Positions 13,263-22,321 of a DNA stretch of 24,000 bases are shown here, piece by piece. The translations under genes and the position numbers were made by a program. The stretch lies in NCBI RefSeq assembly GCF_032268605.1, contig NZ_CP130318.1, positions 3,825,913 to 3,849,912 on the forward strand, in the 5' to 3' direction. The DNA comes from Paenibacillus aurantius (GTDB taxonomy: Bacteria > Bacillota > Bacilli > Paenibacillales > NBRC-103111). The notes below the pieces were generated by a model, which did no database searches, was not told where the DNA came from, and saw nothing but the letters and a program-made list of their open reading frames with translations. Numbering within the stretch: the stretch's first letter is position 1; every line of letters begins with the position of its first letter.

Positions 13263-14177
13263 TTAATGATCCCTTTCCATCAAATAATCCGCCAGCTGAA
13301 GAAGCCTCTCAGGACGTGCGAATCCGGCCTGTAAGACGGCGGCTTTGCCCTCATCCGTCAGCTGAGTGACTTTCGCCTGCGAGGCTTCCAGTCCCACCAG
13401 GTAAGGATAGGTCACCTTCTGCTGCTTCTCATCGCTCTTGACCGGCTTGCCGAGCTTCTGTTCATCGCCCGTCAAATCCAAGATGTCATCCTGAATTTGG
13501 AAAGCAAGTCCGATATTATACCCGAACTTCTCCAGCGCCTTAAGCTGCTGTTCCCCGGCACCCGCCGAACGGGCTCCCGCCTTCAGGGAAAAGACAATCA
13601 TATCTCCCGTTTTGTGAGTGTGGATGTACTCCAGCTGGCTCAAGTCCGTGATCCCCTGCTCGCCGATCATATCGGCGGCCTGTCCGCCCACCATTCCTTT
13701 CGGTCCGGCCAGGACGGAGAGGTCCTCGACCATGGCAAGGGCCTGCTCGGCCGGCACTCCGAACCGCCGGAAGGCTTGTACGAGCACATAGAAGGCATGG
13801 GTCAATAGACCGTCTCCCGCCAGAATGGCCATGGCTTCGCCGAAAACCTTATGATTGGTGGGCTTGCCGCGGCGGTAATCGTCATCATCCATGGCAGGCA
13901 AATCATCGTGAATGAGCGAGTAGGTGTGGACCATCTCCACCGCGCAGGCTACCGGCATGGCCGCTTCGGTTTTACCGCCAAGGGCTTCGGCTGCGGCAAG
14001 GACCAGAATCGGGCGTAGTCTTTTGCCCCCGGCGAGCAAAGAGTACTTCATGGCTTCTCTTAAGGGAGAAGGAATGCTCCACGTTTCCGGAATCATCGCG
14101 AGCATTTCCTTTTCGACCGTCAAGGCGGTGGTCTTGATGTATTGTTGTATAGTATCCGTCGTATTCAAGTCATTCAT
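13263..14177 (-). CDS. ispA: farnesyl/geranyl diphosphate synthase (polyprenyl synthetase)
   Basis: The first Asp-rich motif (LIHDDLPAMDDDDYRRG) and the second (FQIQDDILD) are both present. The ATG at 14177 overlaps the xseB TGA in an ATGA junction. The track's extension to 14279 is rejected. Confidence 0.93.
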   Translation of the reverse strand: MNDLNTTDTIQQYIKTTALTVEKEMLAMIPETWSIPSPLREAMKYSLLAGGKRLRPILVLAAAEALGGKTEAAMPVACAVEMVHTYSLIHDDLPAMDDDDYRRGKPTNHKVFGEAMAILAGDGLLTHAFYVLVQAFRRFGVPAEQALAMVEDLSVLAGPKGMVGGQAADMIGEQGITDLSQLEYIHTHKTGDMIVFSLKAGARSAGAGEQQLKALEKFGYNIGLAFQIQDDILDLTGDEQKLGKPVKSDEKQQKVTYPYLVGLEASQAKVTQLTDEGKAAVLQAGFARPERLLQLADYLMERDH

Positions 14178-14419
14178 CCTTCGTCCGTTCCGGCTTGGAA
14201 CGGTTTTTTGGTTAGGCTTCCGTTCTCTTCGACGAGCATCTCGATCTTCCGCTCCACCAGCTCCAGCTTCTGCCCGCATAGATGAGACAGCTTCATGCCC
14301 TCCTGAAACAGCTCGATCGCCTTCTCCAGCTCGACATCACCGCTTTCGAGAAGCGAGACGATCTCCTCCAGCTTTTCCATGGCCGCTTCGAAACTGATGG
14401 TTTCTTTATCGGTTGTCAT
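14174..14419 (-). CDS. xseB: exodeoxyribonuclease VII small subunit
   Basis: The product reads MTTDKETISFEAAMEKLEEIVSLLESGDVELEKAIELFQEGMKLSHLCGQKLE... The ATG at 14419 has a GGAGGA SD with 8-nt spacing. At 81 aa it matches XseB in length. Confidence 0.9.
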   Translation of the reverse strand: MTTDKETISFEAAMEKLEEIVSLLESGDVELEKAIELFQEGMKLSHLCGQKLELVERKIEMLVEENGSLTKKPFQAGTDEG

Positions 14420-15770
14420 TGTTATCATCCTCCATCGACCAGACATGGCACGTTAACCGTCCGTCCGTCATTCGCACCCGGATCAGATCGCCCGGCTGAA
14501 CCTTGCTCACCGAATTGATCAGCGACTTCTCTTTCTCGTCATAGACGAGACTGTAGCCTCTCTGCATGACCTTAAGGGGGCTGAGAGCATCCAATTGCCG
14601 GAGCTGCGAAGACAGACGGGCCTTGCTTGCCCGAACCGCCACCTGAATGGCCTGCAGCATCTGCCGTTCCGCCGTGTTCACCCGCCGGCGCGCGTAAAGT
14701 ATTTGGTCCTTCGGATTAAAAGCGGACAGCTTCTGGTTAAGCTTGGCCGTCTTCTGGGTGGAAGCATTAAGCCGGTGCCTCATCCGGTAGAGCAGCTGCT
14801 CCGTCATGCGGTCGAGCCGCTGCGCCGGTTGTTGAAGCTGTCTTTTCGGATTCTGGAGAACGGGCGACCGGTTCAGCCGGTTCAACCTTTCCCTCTTCTG
14901 CTCCAGCTTCTTAAGCAGCCCCCGCTGCAGCCGCTGGGAATGGTAATAAAGCTGCTGCTGCAATTCCATGATATGCGGCACGGCCAGTTCGGCCGCCGCC
15001 GTCGGCGTAGCCGCCCGGACATCCGCTACAAAGTCGGCAATCGTAAAATCCGTTTCATGGCCGACGGCCGACAAAATCGGGATTCGGGAGGCGAAGATGC
15101 TTCTCGCCACAATCTCCTCATTGAAAGCCCAGAGCTCCTCCAGCGAACCGCCGCCTCGCCCGACGATCAGCACATCCGCCTCGCCGTGCCGATTCATCGC
15201 TTCTATGGCTTTGGCAATGGAAGAGGCGGCTCCCTTTCCCTGTACCAGAACGGGGTGAATGATGATATTGACCATTGGATAACGGCGGCGGAGGGTGATG
15301 AGAATATCCCGTACCGCCGCTCCGCTGGGGGAGGTGACGACACCGATCGCTTTGGGAAACTTGGGGATCGGCTTCTTGCGCTCGGGAGAGAACAAGCCTT
15401 CCTCCTCAAGCTTCTTCTTGAGCTGCTCGAAGGCGAGGTAGAGGCTGCCGATGCCGTCCGGCTGCATCTGATTGACATAGAATTGATACTGCCCGTCCCG
15501 TTCGTAAACCGAAATGCTGCCGCGTGCGAGAACCCTGGTCCCTTCCTTGGGAAGGAAAGGAAGCCGCTGGTTATAGGAAGCGAACATGATGCTCTTCAAC
15601 CGGCTCTCGGCATCCTTCAGGGTAAAGTACATATGCCCGCTGGAATGGTGGGTGAAATTGGAGATTTCCCCGCGCACCCAAACGTCCTGCAGGGTATAGT
15701 CCCCTTCCAGCTTGCGCTTGATCAGCCGGTTAAGCTCTTTGATCGAAAGGACCTGCTCCCGATTCATCAT
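14406..15770 (-). CDS. xseA: exodeoxyribonuclease VII large subunit
   Basis: The 454-aa product has an OB-fold N-terminus (LQDVWVRGEISNFTHHSSGHMYFTLKD), a catalytic core and a C-terminal coiled region. Synteny with xseB supports the call. Confidence 0.95.
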   Translation of the reverse strand: MMNREQVLSIKELNRLIKRKLEGDYTLQDVWVRGEISNFTHHSSGHMYFTLKDAESRLKSIMFASYNQRLPFLPKEGTRVLARGSISVYERDGQYQFYVNQMQPDGIGSLYLAFEQLKKKLEEEGLFSPERKKPIPKFPKAIGVVTSPSGAAVRDILITLRRRYPMVNIIIHPVLVQGKGAASSIAKAIEAMNRHGEADVLIVGRGGGSLEELWAFNEEIVARSIFASRIPILSAVGHETDFTIADFVADVRAATPTAAAELAVPHIMELQQQLYYHSQRLQRGLLKKLEQKRERLNRLNRSPVLQNPKRQLQQPAQRLDRMTEQLLYRMRHRLNASTQKTAKLNQKLSAFNPKDQILYARRRVNTAERQMLQAIQVAVRASKARLSSQLRQLDALSPLKVMQRGYSLVYDEKEKSLINSVSKVQPGDLIRVRMTDGRLTCHVWSMEDDNNDNR

Positions 15771-15774
15771 CGGC

Positions 15775-16641
15775 TTACACTCTTACGGACGACTTGCCCG
15801 TTTTCCGGGCGGCCTCCAAGGTGTTTTGGAGCAGCATGGTAATGGTCATCGGACCGACGCAGCCCGGAACAGGCGTGATCAAACCGGCGGTTTCTTTGAC
15901 CGCCTCGAAATCCACGTCTCCGCACAGCTTGCCGTTCTCGTCCCGGTTCATGCCCACATCAATGACAACCGCTCCCGGCTTCACATGTTCCTTGCCTACG
16001 AGCTTGGCCCGTCCCACCGCCACGACCAAAATGTCGGCCTGGCTCGTAATCTCGGCCATATTCGAGGTGCGCGAATGACAGACGGTGACCGTCGCATCCT
16101 CACGAAGAAGCAGCATGGCCATCGGCTTGCCCACGATGTGGCTCCGTCCGATTACGACGGCGTGCTTGCCTTTGATCTCTACGCCCTTGCGCTTCAAAAT
16201 TTCAATGACCCCGGCAGGTGTACATGGCAGGAAGCCTTCTTTGCCCAGCACGAGATTGCCTACATTAACCGGATGGAAGCAGTCCACATCCTTGGAAGGA
16301 TCAATGGCGTCAATTACTTTTTGTTCGTCGATATGCTTAGGAGGCGGCGATTGCACAAGAATGCCGTGAATCCGTTCGTCCGCATTCAGCTTAGCTATCA
16401 GCGAAAGGACCTCTTCCTCCGACGTTTCCGCCGGCAAGCGGTGCACTTCGGAATACATCCCCGCCTCTTCACACGCTTTGGCCTTATTGCGCACATATAC
16501 AGCCGAAGCCGGGTCGTCTCCCACCAGCACAACCGCCAATCCGGGCTGAGTCCCCTGCTGCACCAGTTGATGAACTTCGTTCTTGATCTCCTCGCGGATT
16601 TCTCCTACCAGTTCCTTGCCGTTGATTACTTCTGCCGTCAT
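15775..16641 (-). CDS. folD: bifunctional methylenetetrahydrofolate dehydrogenase / methenyl-THF cyclohydrolase
   Basis: The 288-aa product contains [21 protein letters not shown]...[13 protein letters not shown]...[17 protein letters not shown]...[14 protein letters not shown], which are typical FolD motifs. Confidence 0.95.
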   Translation of the reverse strand: MTAEVINGKELVGEIREEIKNEVHQLVQQGTQPGLAVVLVGDDPASAVYVRNKAKACEEAGMYSEVHRLPAETSEEEVLSLIAKLNADERIHGILVQSPPPKHIDEQKVIDAIDPSKDVDCFHPVNVGNLVLGKEGFLPCTPAGVIEILKRKGVEIKGKHAVVIGRSHIVGKPMAMLLLREDATVTVCHSRTSNMAEITSQADILVVAVGRAKLVGKEHVKPGAVVIDVGMNRDENGKLCGDVDFEAVKETAGLITPVPGCVGPMTITMLLQNTLEAARKTGKSSVRV

Positions 16642-16759
16642 CCGGTTCCCCTCCTGATAATACGGTTTTGTTCTTACCCAAGTCTTGAGTGTCCTATGCC
16701 CCTAGTTTACGTTTTGGTTGTCGCGGTGTAAAGACGTAAGTTTTAACGGTACACATCCA

Positions 16760-17227
16760 TTATTGTTCGGTTTTGGGTAAATACTTCTCCTTGATGGACT
16801 CCAATTCCCCGATCATTTTACCCAGAACCCCGTTTACGAACTTGCCCGACTCCTCGGAGCCGAAATGCTTGGCCAGCTCAATCGCTTCGTTCACGACTAC
16901 CTTAGGGGGTACATCATCCCGGTAAATCATCTCGTAGGCCGCAAGCCGCAGCACCTCGCGGTCGATTTTGGAGAGTCGGTCGATTTTCCATCCCTTCAAA
17001 TAAACCGACAGAATTTCGTCGATGACGGTCAGATGCTTCTCGGTCCCCTCCACCAGCTCCTGGACATAATCAGGCGAGATGCTCTCCCCTTTTACGGAAA
17101 GATCCGCTTCATTGTCATGAAGGGCTTCGGTGATGGCGGTCGTGATCGCTTCGTGCGAGCTTACCTCGTTCATTTGCATCTGGTACATGCTTTGAAGCGC
17201 TATTTCCCTGGCCAATCTGCGTTTCAT
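16760..17227 (-). CDS. nusB: transcription antitermination factor NusB
   Basis: The 155-aa product contains MKRRLAREIALQSMYQM...DRLSKIDREVLRLAAYEM...PPKVVVNEAIELAKHFG. Confidence 0.93.
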   Translation of the reverse strand: MKRRLAREIALQSMYQMQMNEVSSHEAITTAITEALHDNEADLSVKGESISPDYVQELVEGTEKHLTVIDEILSVYLKGWKIDRLSKIDREVLRLAAYEMIYRDDVPPKVVVNEAIELAKHFGSEESGKFVNGVLGKMIGELESIKEKYLPKTEQ

Positions 17228-17312
17228 GTATACTCCTCCCGGAACGTTACCTTCTAGATTTAGCTTCTTACGGTGAGCTCTGTCTTATCCAACAGCCTTG
17301 CCTTCCTTACTC

Positions 17313-17363
17313 ACAAAAAAACCCATGAAAAGACAGCCCGAAAGAAGAGCGGTCCCTCACAGG
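17313..17363 (-). terminator. probable intrinsic terminator after the DUF2273 gene
   Basis: A long imperfect hairpin, CCUGUGAGGGACCGC...GCUGUCUUUUCAUGGG, has several G-U pairs and one bulge. It is followed by seven U residues (A-run 17315-17321 on the plus strand). Confidence 0.45.
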
Positions 17364-17364
17364 A

Positions 17365-17592
17365 TTATCTGAACATTCTCCATCTTTCCATCAGCCGCTG
17401 CCATAGCTCGTCAGCTCCGAACAAAGGCTCGCGGCTATCCAGCTTTTTCCCCACATAATAACCGATATAGGTGATAAAAGCAAAAATGAGCATATCCCAA
17501 AAGCCCCAGATCAGATAAACAAAGCCCAGGAAAACGCCGCAGGCCGCGCCGATGCACTTGCCGGTATGCTTTTCCCAAAGTTCACGCCACAT
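17365..17592 (-). CDS. small integral membrane protein, DUF2273 family
   Basis: The 75-aa product has two TM helices (GKCIGAACGVFLGFVYLIWGFWDMLIFAFITYIGYYVG). It occupies the usual position downstream of asp23 and amaP. Confidence 0.75.
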   Translation of the reverse strand: MWRELWEKHTGKCIGAACGVFLGFVYLIWGFWDMLIFAFITYIGYYVGKKLDSREPLFGADELWQRLMERWRMFR

Positions 17593-17607
17593 ACAGGAAA
17601 ACCACCC

Positions 17608-18168
17608 CTATTCCACTCTGCTTTTGAACGTGTGGGCATTCTGGACGACGTTCGCGACATAAACCGAAACGTTCGCCACCGGTATTCCCGTAATCTCTTC
17701 GATATGCTCCTTAACCGCAGCCTGAATCTCCTCGGTCATAACCGGTATGGAGGTTTCCCCGTCCACGATGGTGCGGATCTCAATATCGAGTCCCGCCTGG
17801 ATGACCTTGACCCGTGATTTCAAATCCTTCACGCCGCGCGTACGTCCGGCCGATTTCAGGGCCAGGTTCTCCACCGTTTCCATGGAAATGCGGATATCTC
17901 CAAATTCCGTGCGCTGGTCAATCGATGGAGCATGACCGCCTCCCGTACGGACCGCAAGGATGAGCATCCGGACGGCGATGAGCAGCAGGATCACCGAGCA
18001 GGTAATGAAAGCGACCGCAGTGGCTTCATCCCGGTATACGTTGATCAGGAAGGCGTTGGCGGTATCATAGGGAATGAGGCCAAAGGCCGACAATAACAAA
18101 CTGACCAGGGCAATGATGCTGGCAAGACTGAATAACAATAACAGGAACCTGTCGAAGAATTTGGCCAC
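17608..18168 (-). CDS. amaP: alkaline shock response membrane anchor protein AmaP
   Basis: The 186-aa product has two N-terminal TM helices followed by an Asp23-like soluble domain. It lies immediately downstream of an Asp23-family gene. Confidence 0.7.
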   Translation of the reverse strand: MAKFFDRFLLLLFSLASIIALVSLLLSAFGLIPYDTANAFLINVYRDEATAVAFITCSVILLLIAVRMLILAVRTGGGHAPSIDQRTEFGDIRISMETVENLALKSAGRTRGVKDLKSRVKVIQAGLDIEIRTIVDGETSIPVMTEEIQAAVKEHIEEITGIPVANVSVYVANVVQNAHTFKSRVE

Positions 18169-18197
18169 GACTGCTTGTCTCCTTCCCGGATTAGAGG

Positions 18198-18222
18198 AAA
18201 CCCCCTATGGGGTAGGGGGTTT
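18198..18222 (-). other. perfect 10-bp intercistronic hairpin between asp23 and amaP
   Basis: AAACCCCCTA-TGGGG-TAGGGGGTTT. On the minus strand it is followed by UUUCCUCU, so it could be an attenuator or an mRNA stability element. Confidence 0.5.
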
Positions 18223-18283
18223 GCCGTCTTGCTATAGGCCTGTCAGTCCAAGCCGGGCGCCCCCCGGACGGACGAAAGGCTGC

Positions 18284-18694
18284 TTATTTCACTCGGATGG
18301 CCGTAGGGTCTTCTTCGATCGGCTTCTCCATTCCTTTGAAGTGGACGTCATGGATATGGACGTTCACTTCCACCACGTCAAGCCCGGTCATGGATTCGAT
18401 GGCGCGCTTCACATTGTCTTGGATTTCCCCTGCCACCTCGGGAATTTTGTATCCATATTCAATAATAATATTCACATCAACCGCAGCTTCCCGCTGGCCT
18501 ACTTCCACCTTGACGCCTTTGGAGAGGTTCTTGCGACCCAGCAGCTCGGCAATTCCTCCCGCGAAGCCGCCGCTCATTCCGGCAACCCCTCTTACTTCAA
18601 CGGCAGCCAGTCCGGCAATGACCTCGATAACCTCGGGGGCGATTTGAATATGGCCCATTTCCGTTTTCTCGTAATCCGGGATAATCGTACTCAT
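18284..18694 (-). CDS. yqhY: Asp23/Gls24-family envelope stress protein (YqhY-like)
   Basis: The 136-aa product contains IAPEVIEVIAGLAAVEVRGVAGMSGG...GVKVEVGQREAAVDVNIIIEYGYKIPEVAGEIQDNVKRAIESMTGL, the DUF322/Asp23 pattern. It also matches YqhY in position, between accC and nusB. Confidence 0.88.
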   Translation of the reverse strand: MSTIIPDYEKTEMGHIQIAPEVIEVIAGLAAVEVRGVAGMSGGFAGGIAELLGRKNLSKGVKVEVGQREAAVDVNIIIEYGYKIPEVAGEIQDNVKRAIESMTGLDVVEVNVHIHDVHFKGMEKPIEEDPTAIRVK

Positions 18695-18806
18695 CGTGAT
18701 ACCTCCTGAAGGGTTGCAAACCGCCCGCTCGCGGGAAGTTTGTCTTATTATCCATACTATATCATTTGGCTAAATTTATGACAAACGACGCTCTCCTGCT
18801 CCAGCC

Positions 18807-20165
18807 TCAAGAATGCGGATCATTGACATCGTGCTCCTCGAGGAACTTGATGTCGAAATCCCCTTTCAGAAAGAGCTGGTGCTCCAGAAGCTTAAGGTGG
18901 AACGGAATGGTGGTCTGAATTCCTTCGATGGCGAATTCGGACAAAGCCCGTTTCATCCGGTCCACGGCTTCCTCCCGCGTCTTTCCCCACACGATCAGCT
19001 TGGCGATCATCGAATCATAATGAGGCGAGATCGTATAGCCGGGATAGGCGGCGCTGTCTACCCTCACCCCTAGCCCGCCCGGCGGAAGGTAGAACTGGAT
19101 ATGCCCGGCGGATGGCATGAAATTCCGGCTCGGGTCCTCCGCATTGATGCGGCATTCGATGGACCAGCCGTTGATCTGGACGTCTTCCTGACGGAAGGAC
19201 AGAGGCTCTCCTTCCGCCACCCGGATCATTTCCTTGATAAGATCCACGTTCGTAATCATCTCGGTTACGGGGTGCTCCACCTGAATTCTCGTGTTCATTT
19301 CCATGAAATAGAAGTTTCCGTCCGGGCCGAGCAGGAATTCCAGGGTACCGGCACCGGAGTAGTTCACGGCTTTGGCTGCGCGGACGGCCGCCTCCCCCAT
19401 ACGGGCACGGATTTCCGGAGTCAGAACCGGGCATGGCGCTTCTTCCACAAGCTTCTGTCTTCTGCGCTGAACGGAGCAATCGCGTTCCCCCAGATGGACC
19501 ACATGGCCGTGCTTGTCCGCGATGATCTGAATCTCGACGTGCTTCATTCCCGTCAAGTATTTCTCCAGATAAACCCCCGCGTTGCCGAAGGCCTTCTCGG
19601 CTTCCTGCTGGGCTTGGGTGATTTGCTGGATCAGCGCTTCTTCATTCTCGGCGATCCGGATCCCCTTGCCTCCCCCTCCGGCTGTAGCCTTGATGATGAC
19701 GGGATAGCCGATCTCGCGTCCGATGCGGACAGCATCGTCCAAGTCCTCGACCAGACCTTCGGAGCCGGGGATAACCGGCACCTGGGCATCCTTCATCGTC
19801 TGCTTGGCGACGGACTTGTCCCCCATACGGTTAATGGCATCAGGCGAAGGCCCGATAAAGGTGATGTTGCAGCGTTCGCAAATCTCGGCAAAGTCGGCGT
19901 TCTCGGCGAGGAAGCCGTAACCGGGATGAATCGCATCCGTTTCGGTAAGCGTGGCGACGCTCATGATATTGGTCAGGTTAAGATAGCTGTCCTTCGACAA
20001 GGTAGGACCGATGCAGTAAGCTTCGTCCGCCAGACGGACGTGAAGGGAATCCCGGTCTGCTTCCGAGTAGACGGCAACCGTGAAGATTCCCATCTCCCGG
20101 CAGGCGCGAATAATCCGCACGGCGATCTCCCCGCGGTTTGCGATAAGTATTTTATGAAAGGCCAT
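18807..20165 (-). CDS. accC: acetyl-CoA carboxylase biotin carboxylase subunit
   Basis: The 452-aa product contains [27 protein letters not shown]...[10 protein letters not shown]...[14 protein letters not shown], the ATP-grasp motifs. Confidence 0.96.
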   Translation of the reverse strand: MAFHKILIANRGEIAVRIIRACREMGIFTVAVYSEADRDSLHVRLADEAYCIGPTLSKDSYLNLTNIMSVATLTETDAIHPGYGFLAENADFAEICERCNITFIGPSPDAINRMGDKSVAKQTMKDAQVPVIPGSEGLVEDLDDAVRIGREIGYPVIIKATAGGGGKGIRIAENEEALIQQITQAQQEAEKAFGNAGVYLEKYLTGMKHVEIQIIADKHGHVVHLGERDCSVQRRRQKLVEEAPCPVLTPEIRARMGEAAVRAAKAVNYSGAGTLEFLLGPDGNFYFMEMNTRIQVEHPVTEMITNVDLIKEMIRVAEGEPLSFRQEDVQINGWSIECRINAEDPSRNFMPSAGHIQFYLPPGGLGVRVDSAAYPGYTISPHYDSMIAKLIVWGKTREEAVDRMKRALSEFAIEGIQTTIPFHLKLLEHQLFLKGDFDIKFLEEHDVNDPHS

Positions 20166-20176
20166 GTCGTCTCCTC

Positions 20177-20674
20177 CTATTCCGGCTTCACCAAGAACAG
20201 AGGCTGGCCGTATTCGACCAGCTGGCCGTTGTCAACCAGAATCTCGACGATTTCCCCTTTGATTTCGGCTTCGATCTCGTTCATCAGCTTCATTGCTTCC
20301 ACGATGCAGACGACCGTCTTCTCCCTTACCTTGCTGCCTTTGTTAACATAAACCGCGGCATCAGGAGACGGGGCGGAATAGAAGGTCCCGACCATAGGAG
20401 AAACGATCTTATGTAGGTTGGAGGTGTCGGCGGCTGGTGCGGCCGCAGGTGCGCTCTCCGGCTGTACGGACGGGCTTGGCTGAGGAGCGGGTGCCGCCGC
20501 AGGATGAGCCTGGTATACGGGTTGAGGGGGTACGGAAGAAACAAAAACCGATTCGGTTGTATTGGGTTTACGAATGAACAGCCTCGAGCCTTCATTCTGA
20601 ATTTCCAGCTCCTGAAGAGAGGATTGATCAACCAGCTTGATCAATTCCTTGATTTCACTAAGTTTAAACATCAA
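20177..20674 (-). CDS. accB: acetyl-CoA carboxylase biotin carboxyl carrier protein
   Basis: A Pro/Ala-rich linker is followed by the biotinyl domain, with [11 protein letters not shown] as the biotinylation site. The start is the TTG at 20674 (9 nt from GGAG) or the ATG at 20671. Confidence 0.93.
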   Translation of the reverse strand: MMFKLSEIKELIKLVDQSSLQELEIQNEGSRLFIRKPNTTESVFVSSVPPQPVYQAHPAAAPAPQPSPSVQPESAPAAAPAADTSNLHKIVSPMVGTFYSAPSPDAAVYVNKGSKVREKTVVCIVEAMKLMNEIEAEIKGEIVEILVDNGQLVEYGQPLFLVKPE

Positions 20675-20746
20675 CGATTTTCACTCCTTTAGAGGTTGAG
20701 TGCCCCCGGCTTAGGCCGCCCGGCGGGACATCAATGCGACGTTAGT

Positions 20747-20755
20747 ATTATAACA
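20747..20755 (-). promoter_or_regulatory. extended -10 element of a candidate accBC promoter
   Basis: The minus strand reads TGtTATAAT (TATAAT at 20752-20747). The -35 is poor (CTTTCC/TTTCCA). Confidence 0.45.
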
Positions 20756-20761
20756 CATAGA

Positions 20762-20796
20762 ATAGAAATGGAAAGAGCCCGGCTTTTGGCGGACTC
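20762..20796 (-). terminator. rho-independent terminator of the spoIIIA operon
   Basis: The minus-strand RNA GAGUCCGCC-AAAA-GCCGGGCUC forms 8 of 9 pairs including one G-U. It is followed by UUUCCAUUUCUAUU. Confidence 0.6.
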
Positions 20797-20821
20797 TTTT
20801 CGTAAAACATCTCTATGGGAA

Positions 20822-21637
20822 CTACTGCATGGCCTGAACGGAGACCTTCTCCGGTCCTACATTCAGTTCGCTCATGACGAGATCGATAATGCTGAGCGCT
20901 TGGCTTCTTTCAAGCTTGTTCGTTTGAACGATGACCTTCCACTTGCTCTCTTCCTTGGTCAGAAGCGCTTGAGCGTAATCCTTCGAGAGTACCTCTTCGA
21001 TATGGGACTGCTTGGCTTCCTGCTGCTCCAGCTTGCTCATGTCGTCATAGGCCTTGGCAATGGTATCGCTGCTGTTCTTGGTGTCGTTAATGATGGCGAG
21101 AAGCTTCCCGGTCTGCTCGGCAAGATCATCCGACCGTTTGAGCTGCTGCTGGATGATGTAATCCGCACCGGACTTGGCGGAGGCTTGGGACTCGAGCTGC
21201 GAGATCACCTGAGCGTCGGTCGCTTTGGCATCGGTCGATTTGTTGTCTTTGGGAGCGGCGCTTGCTTGAGGCTGGGTCTTTCCGCTATCCGTGGGCTTCG
21301 GAGAAGCTTTGCCGCTGTCCGTTGGCTGAGGGGAGGCTTTGCCGCCTTCCGTAGGCTGTGGGGAAACCGGCTTGGGTTCGGACCGGGGATCGGCTGGCTT
21401 TGCATCCGTTTTGGAGGAATCCGTCTTGACCGCTCCAGCCGCTTCCGTTCCGCCGACCGCCTTGTCCTTGCCTCCGGCAGGATCTTCTTGGGTTGTTACT
21501 TTAACATCCTCTTGGTGGGTGGCATCCGACGCGACATCCAGCTTGTTGACATCTTCGGTAAACAGGTAGTACGCCGACAGGACCACCATTAAGCTGAGCA
21601 TGGAGACCAGCCAGATCGTTTGTCTTTTCGTGTTCAT
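20822..21637 (-). CDS. spoIIIAH: stage III sporulation protein AH, with an expanded low-complexity linker
   Basis: From the ATG at 21637 (AGGAGG SD, 8-nt spacing) the product reads MNTKRQTIWLVSMLSLMVVLSAYYLF, a TM anchor. A long Pro/Thr/Lys/Asp-rich linker follows. The C-terminal domain (...KNSSDTIAKAYDDMSKLEQQEAKQSHIEEVL...KVIVQTNKLERSQALSIIDLVMSEL) fits SpoIIIAH, as does its position as the last gene of the operon. Confidence 0.85.
   Translation of the reverse strand: MNTKRQTIWLVSMLSLMVVLSAYYLFTEDVNKLDVASDATHQEDVKVTTQEDPAGGKDKAVGGTEAAGAVKTDSSKTDAKPADPRSEPKPVSPQPTEGGKASPQPTDSGKASPKPTDSGKTQPQASAAPKDNKSTDAKATDAQVISQLESQASAKSGADYIIQQQLKRSDDLAEQTGKLLAIINDTKNSSDTIAKAYDDMSKLEQQEAKQSHIEEVLSKDYAQALLTKEESKWKVIVQTNKLERSQALSIIDLVMSELNVGPEKVSVQAMQ
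21275..21364. repeat. three tandem 30-bp (10-codon) repeats inside spoIIIAH
   Basis: The units encode SPQPTEGGKA (21364-21335), SPQPTDSGKA (21334-21305) and SPKPTDSGKT (21304-21275). I verified each by hand translation. Confidence 0.9.
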
Positions 21638-21671
21638 TTCCTTTTCCTCCTTAAGGGTAATGGAATGGGTT

Positions 21672-22307
21672 CTACTGCTTGCGGGGAGCCACCGAGATTC
21701 GGTTGGAGGGGACATCCAGCCCCCGTTCCACGGCTTCCACGAGTAGCTTTTTGACCGTTAAATTTTCGGCCCCTCGCGCCACAATCAGCACCCCTCTAAT
21801 CTTGGGCTTGATGGACTTCACGATAACGGGAGTCTGGCTGCCGGAGACTTCGTACAGGACCACCTCCCCGCTTCGGGTCACATCGGTCACGCGGCGGTTC
21901 GCCCCTTCTTTATCCTGCTCGTTGGTGGACTGCTGGGTTTCCTTGGTGTTCTTCTCCACCACGGTTTCCTCCGTCGAATCAATCTGAACCATCACTTCCA
22001 CTTCTCCTACGCCGACGATTTTCTGAAGAATATCCCGAAGCTGGGTTTCGTAAGCCTGCTCATATTCCCGGAAAGGCGACTTGTCCTTGGAGGCCGAGCC
22101 CAGAGTCTGCTTGGCGTCCGAGGGATCGGGAGAGGCACGGCTCGTGCTGATCGGATCGATCTTCTTTACCTCGATAAAGGAATTCATGATCATCAGGCCG
22201 GCGCCGATAAGACCGATAAGGAGCAGCCAGCGGAAGGTTTGGATCCGCTTCGCGCCTCCCGGGCCGCCGCCCAGCCACTGTTCCATTTTTTTGAAGAAGC
22301 TGCCCAA
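21672..22307 (-). CDS. spoIIIAG: stage III sporulation protein AG
   Basis: A TM segment (WLLLIGLIGAGLMIM) is followed by the conserved C-terminal region (YETQLRDILQKIVGVGEVEVMVQIDSTEE...ANRRVTDV...PKIRGVLIVARGAENLTVKKLLVEAVERGLDVPSNRISVAPRK). The TTG at 22307 lies 9 nt after an AAGGAGG that overlaps the spoIIIAF stop. Confidence 0.88.
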   Translation of the reverse strand: MGSFFKKMEQWLGGGPGGAKRIQTFRWLLLIGLIGAGLMIMNSFIEVKKIDPISTSRASPDPSDAKQTLGSASKDKSPFREYEQAYETQLRDILQKIVGVGEVEVMVQIDSTEETVVEKNTKETQQSTNEQDKEGANRRVTDVTRSGEVVLYEVSGSQTPVIVKSIKPKIRGVLIVARGAENLTVKKLLVEAVERGLDVPSNRISVAPRKQ

Positions 22308-22321
22308 TCGGACTTCCCTCC

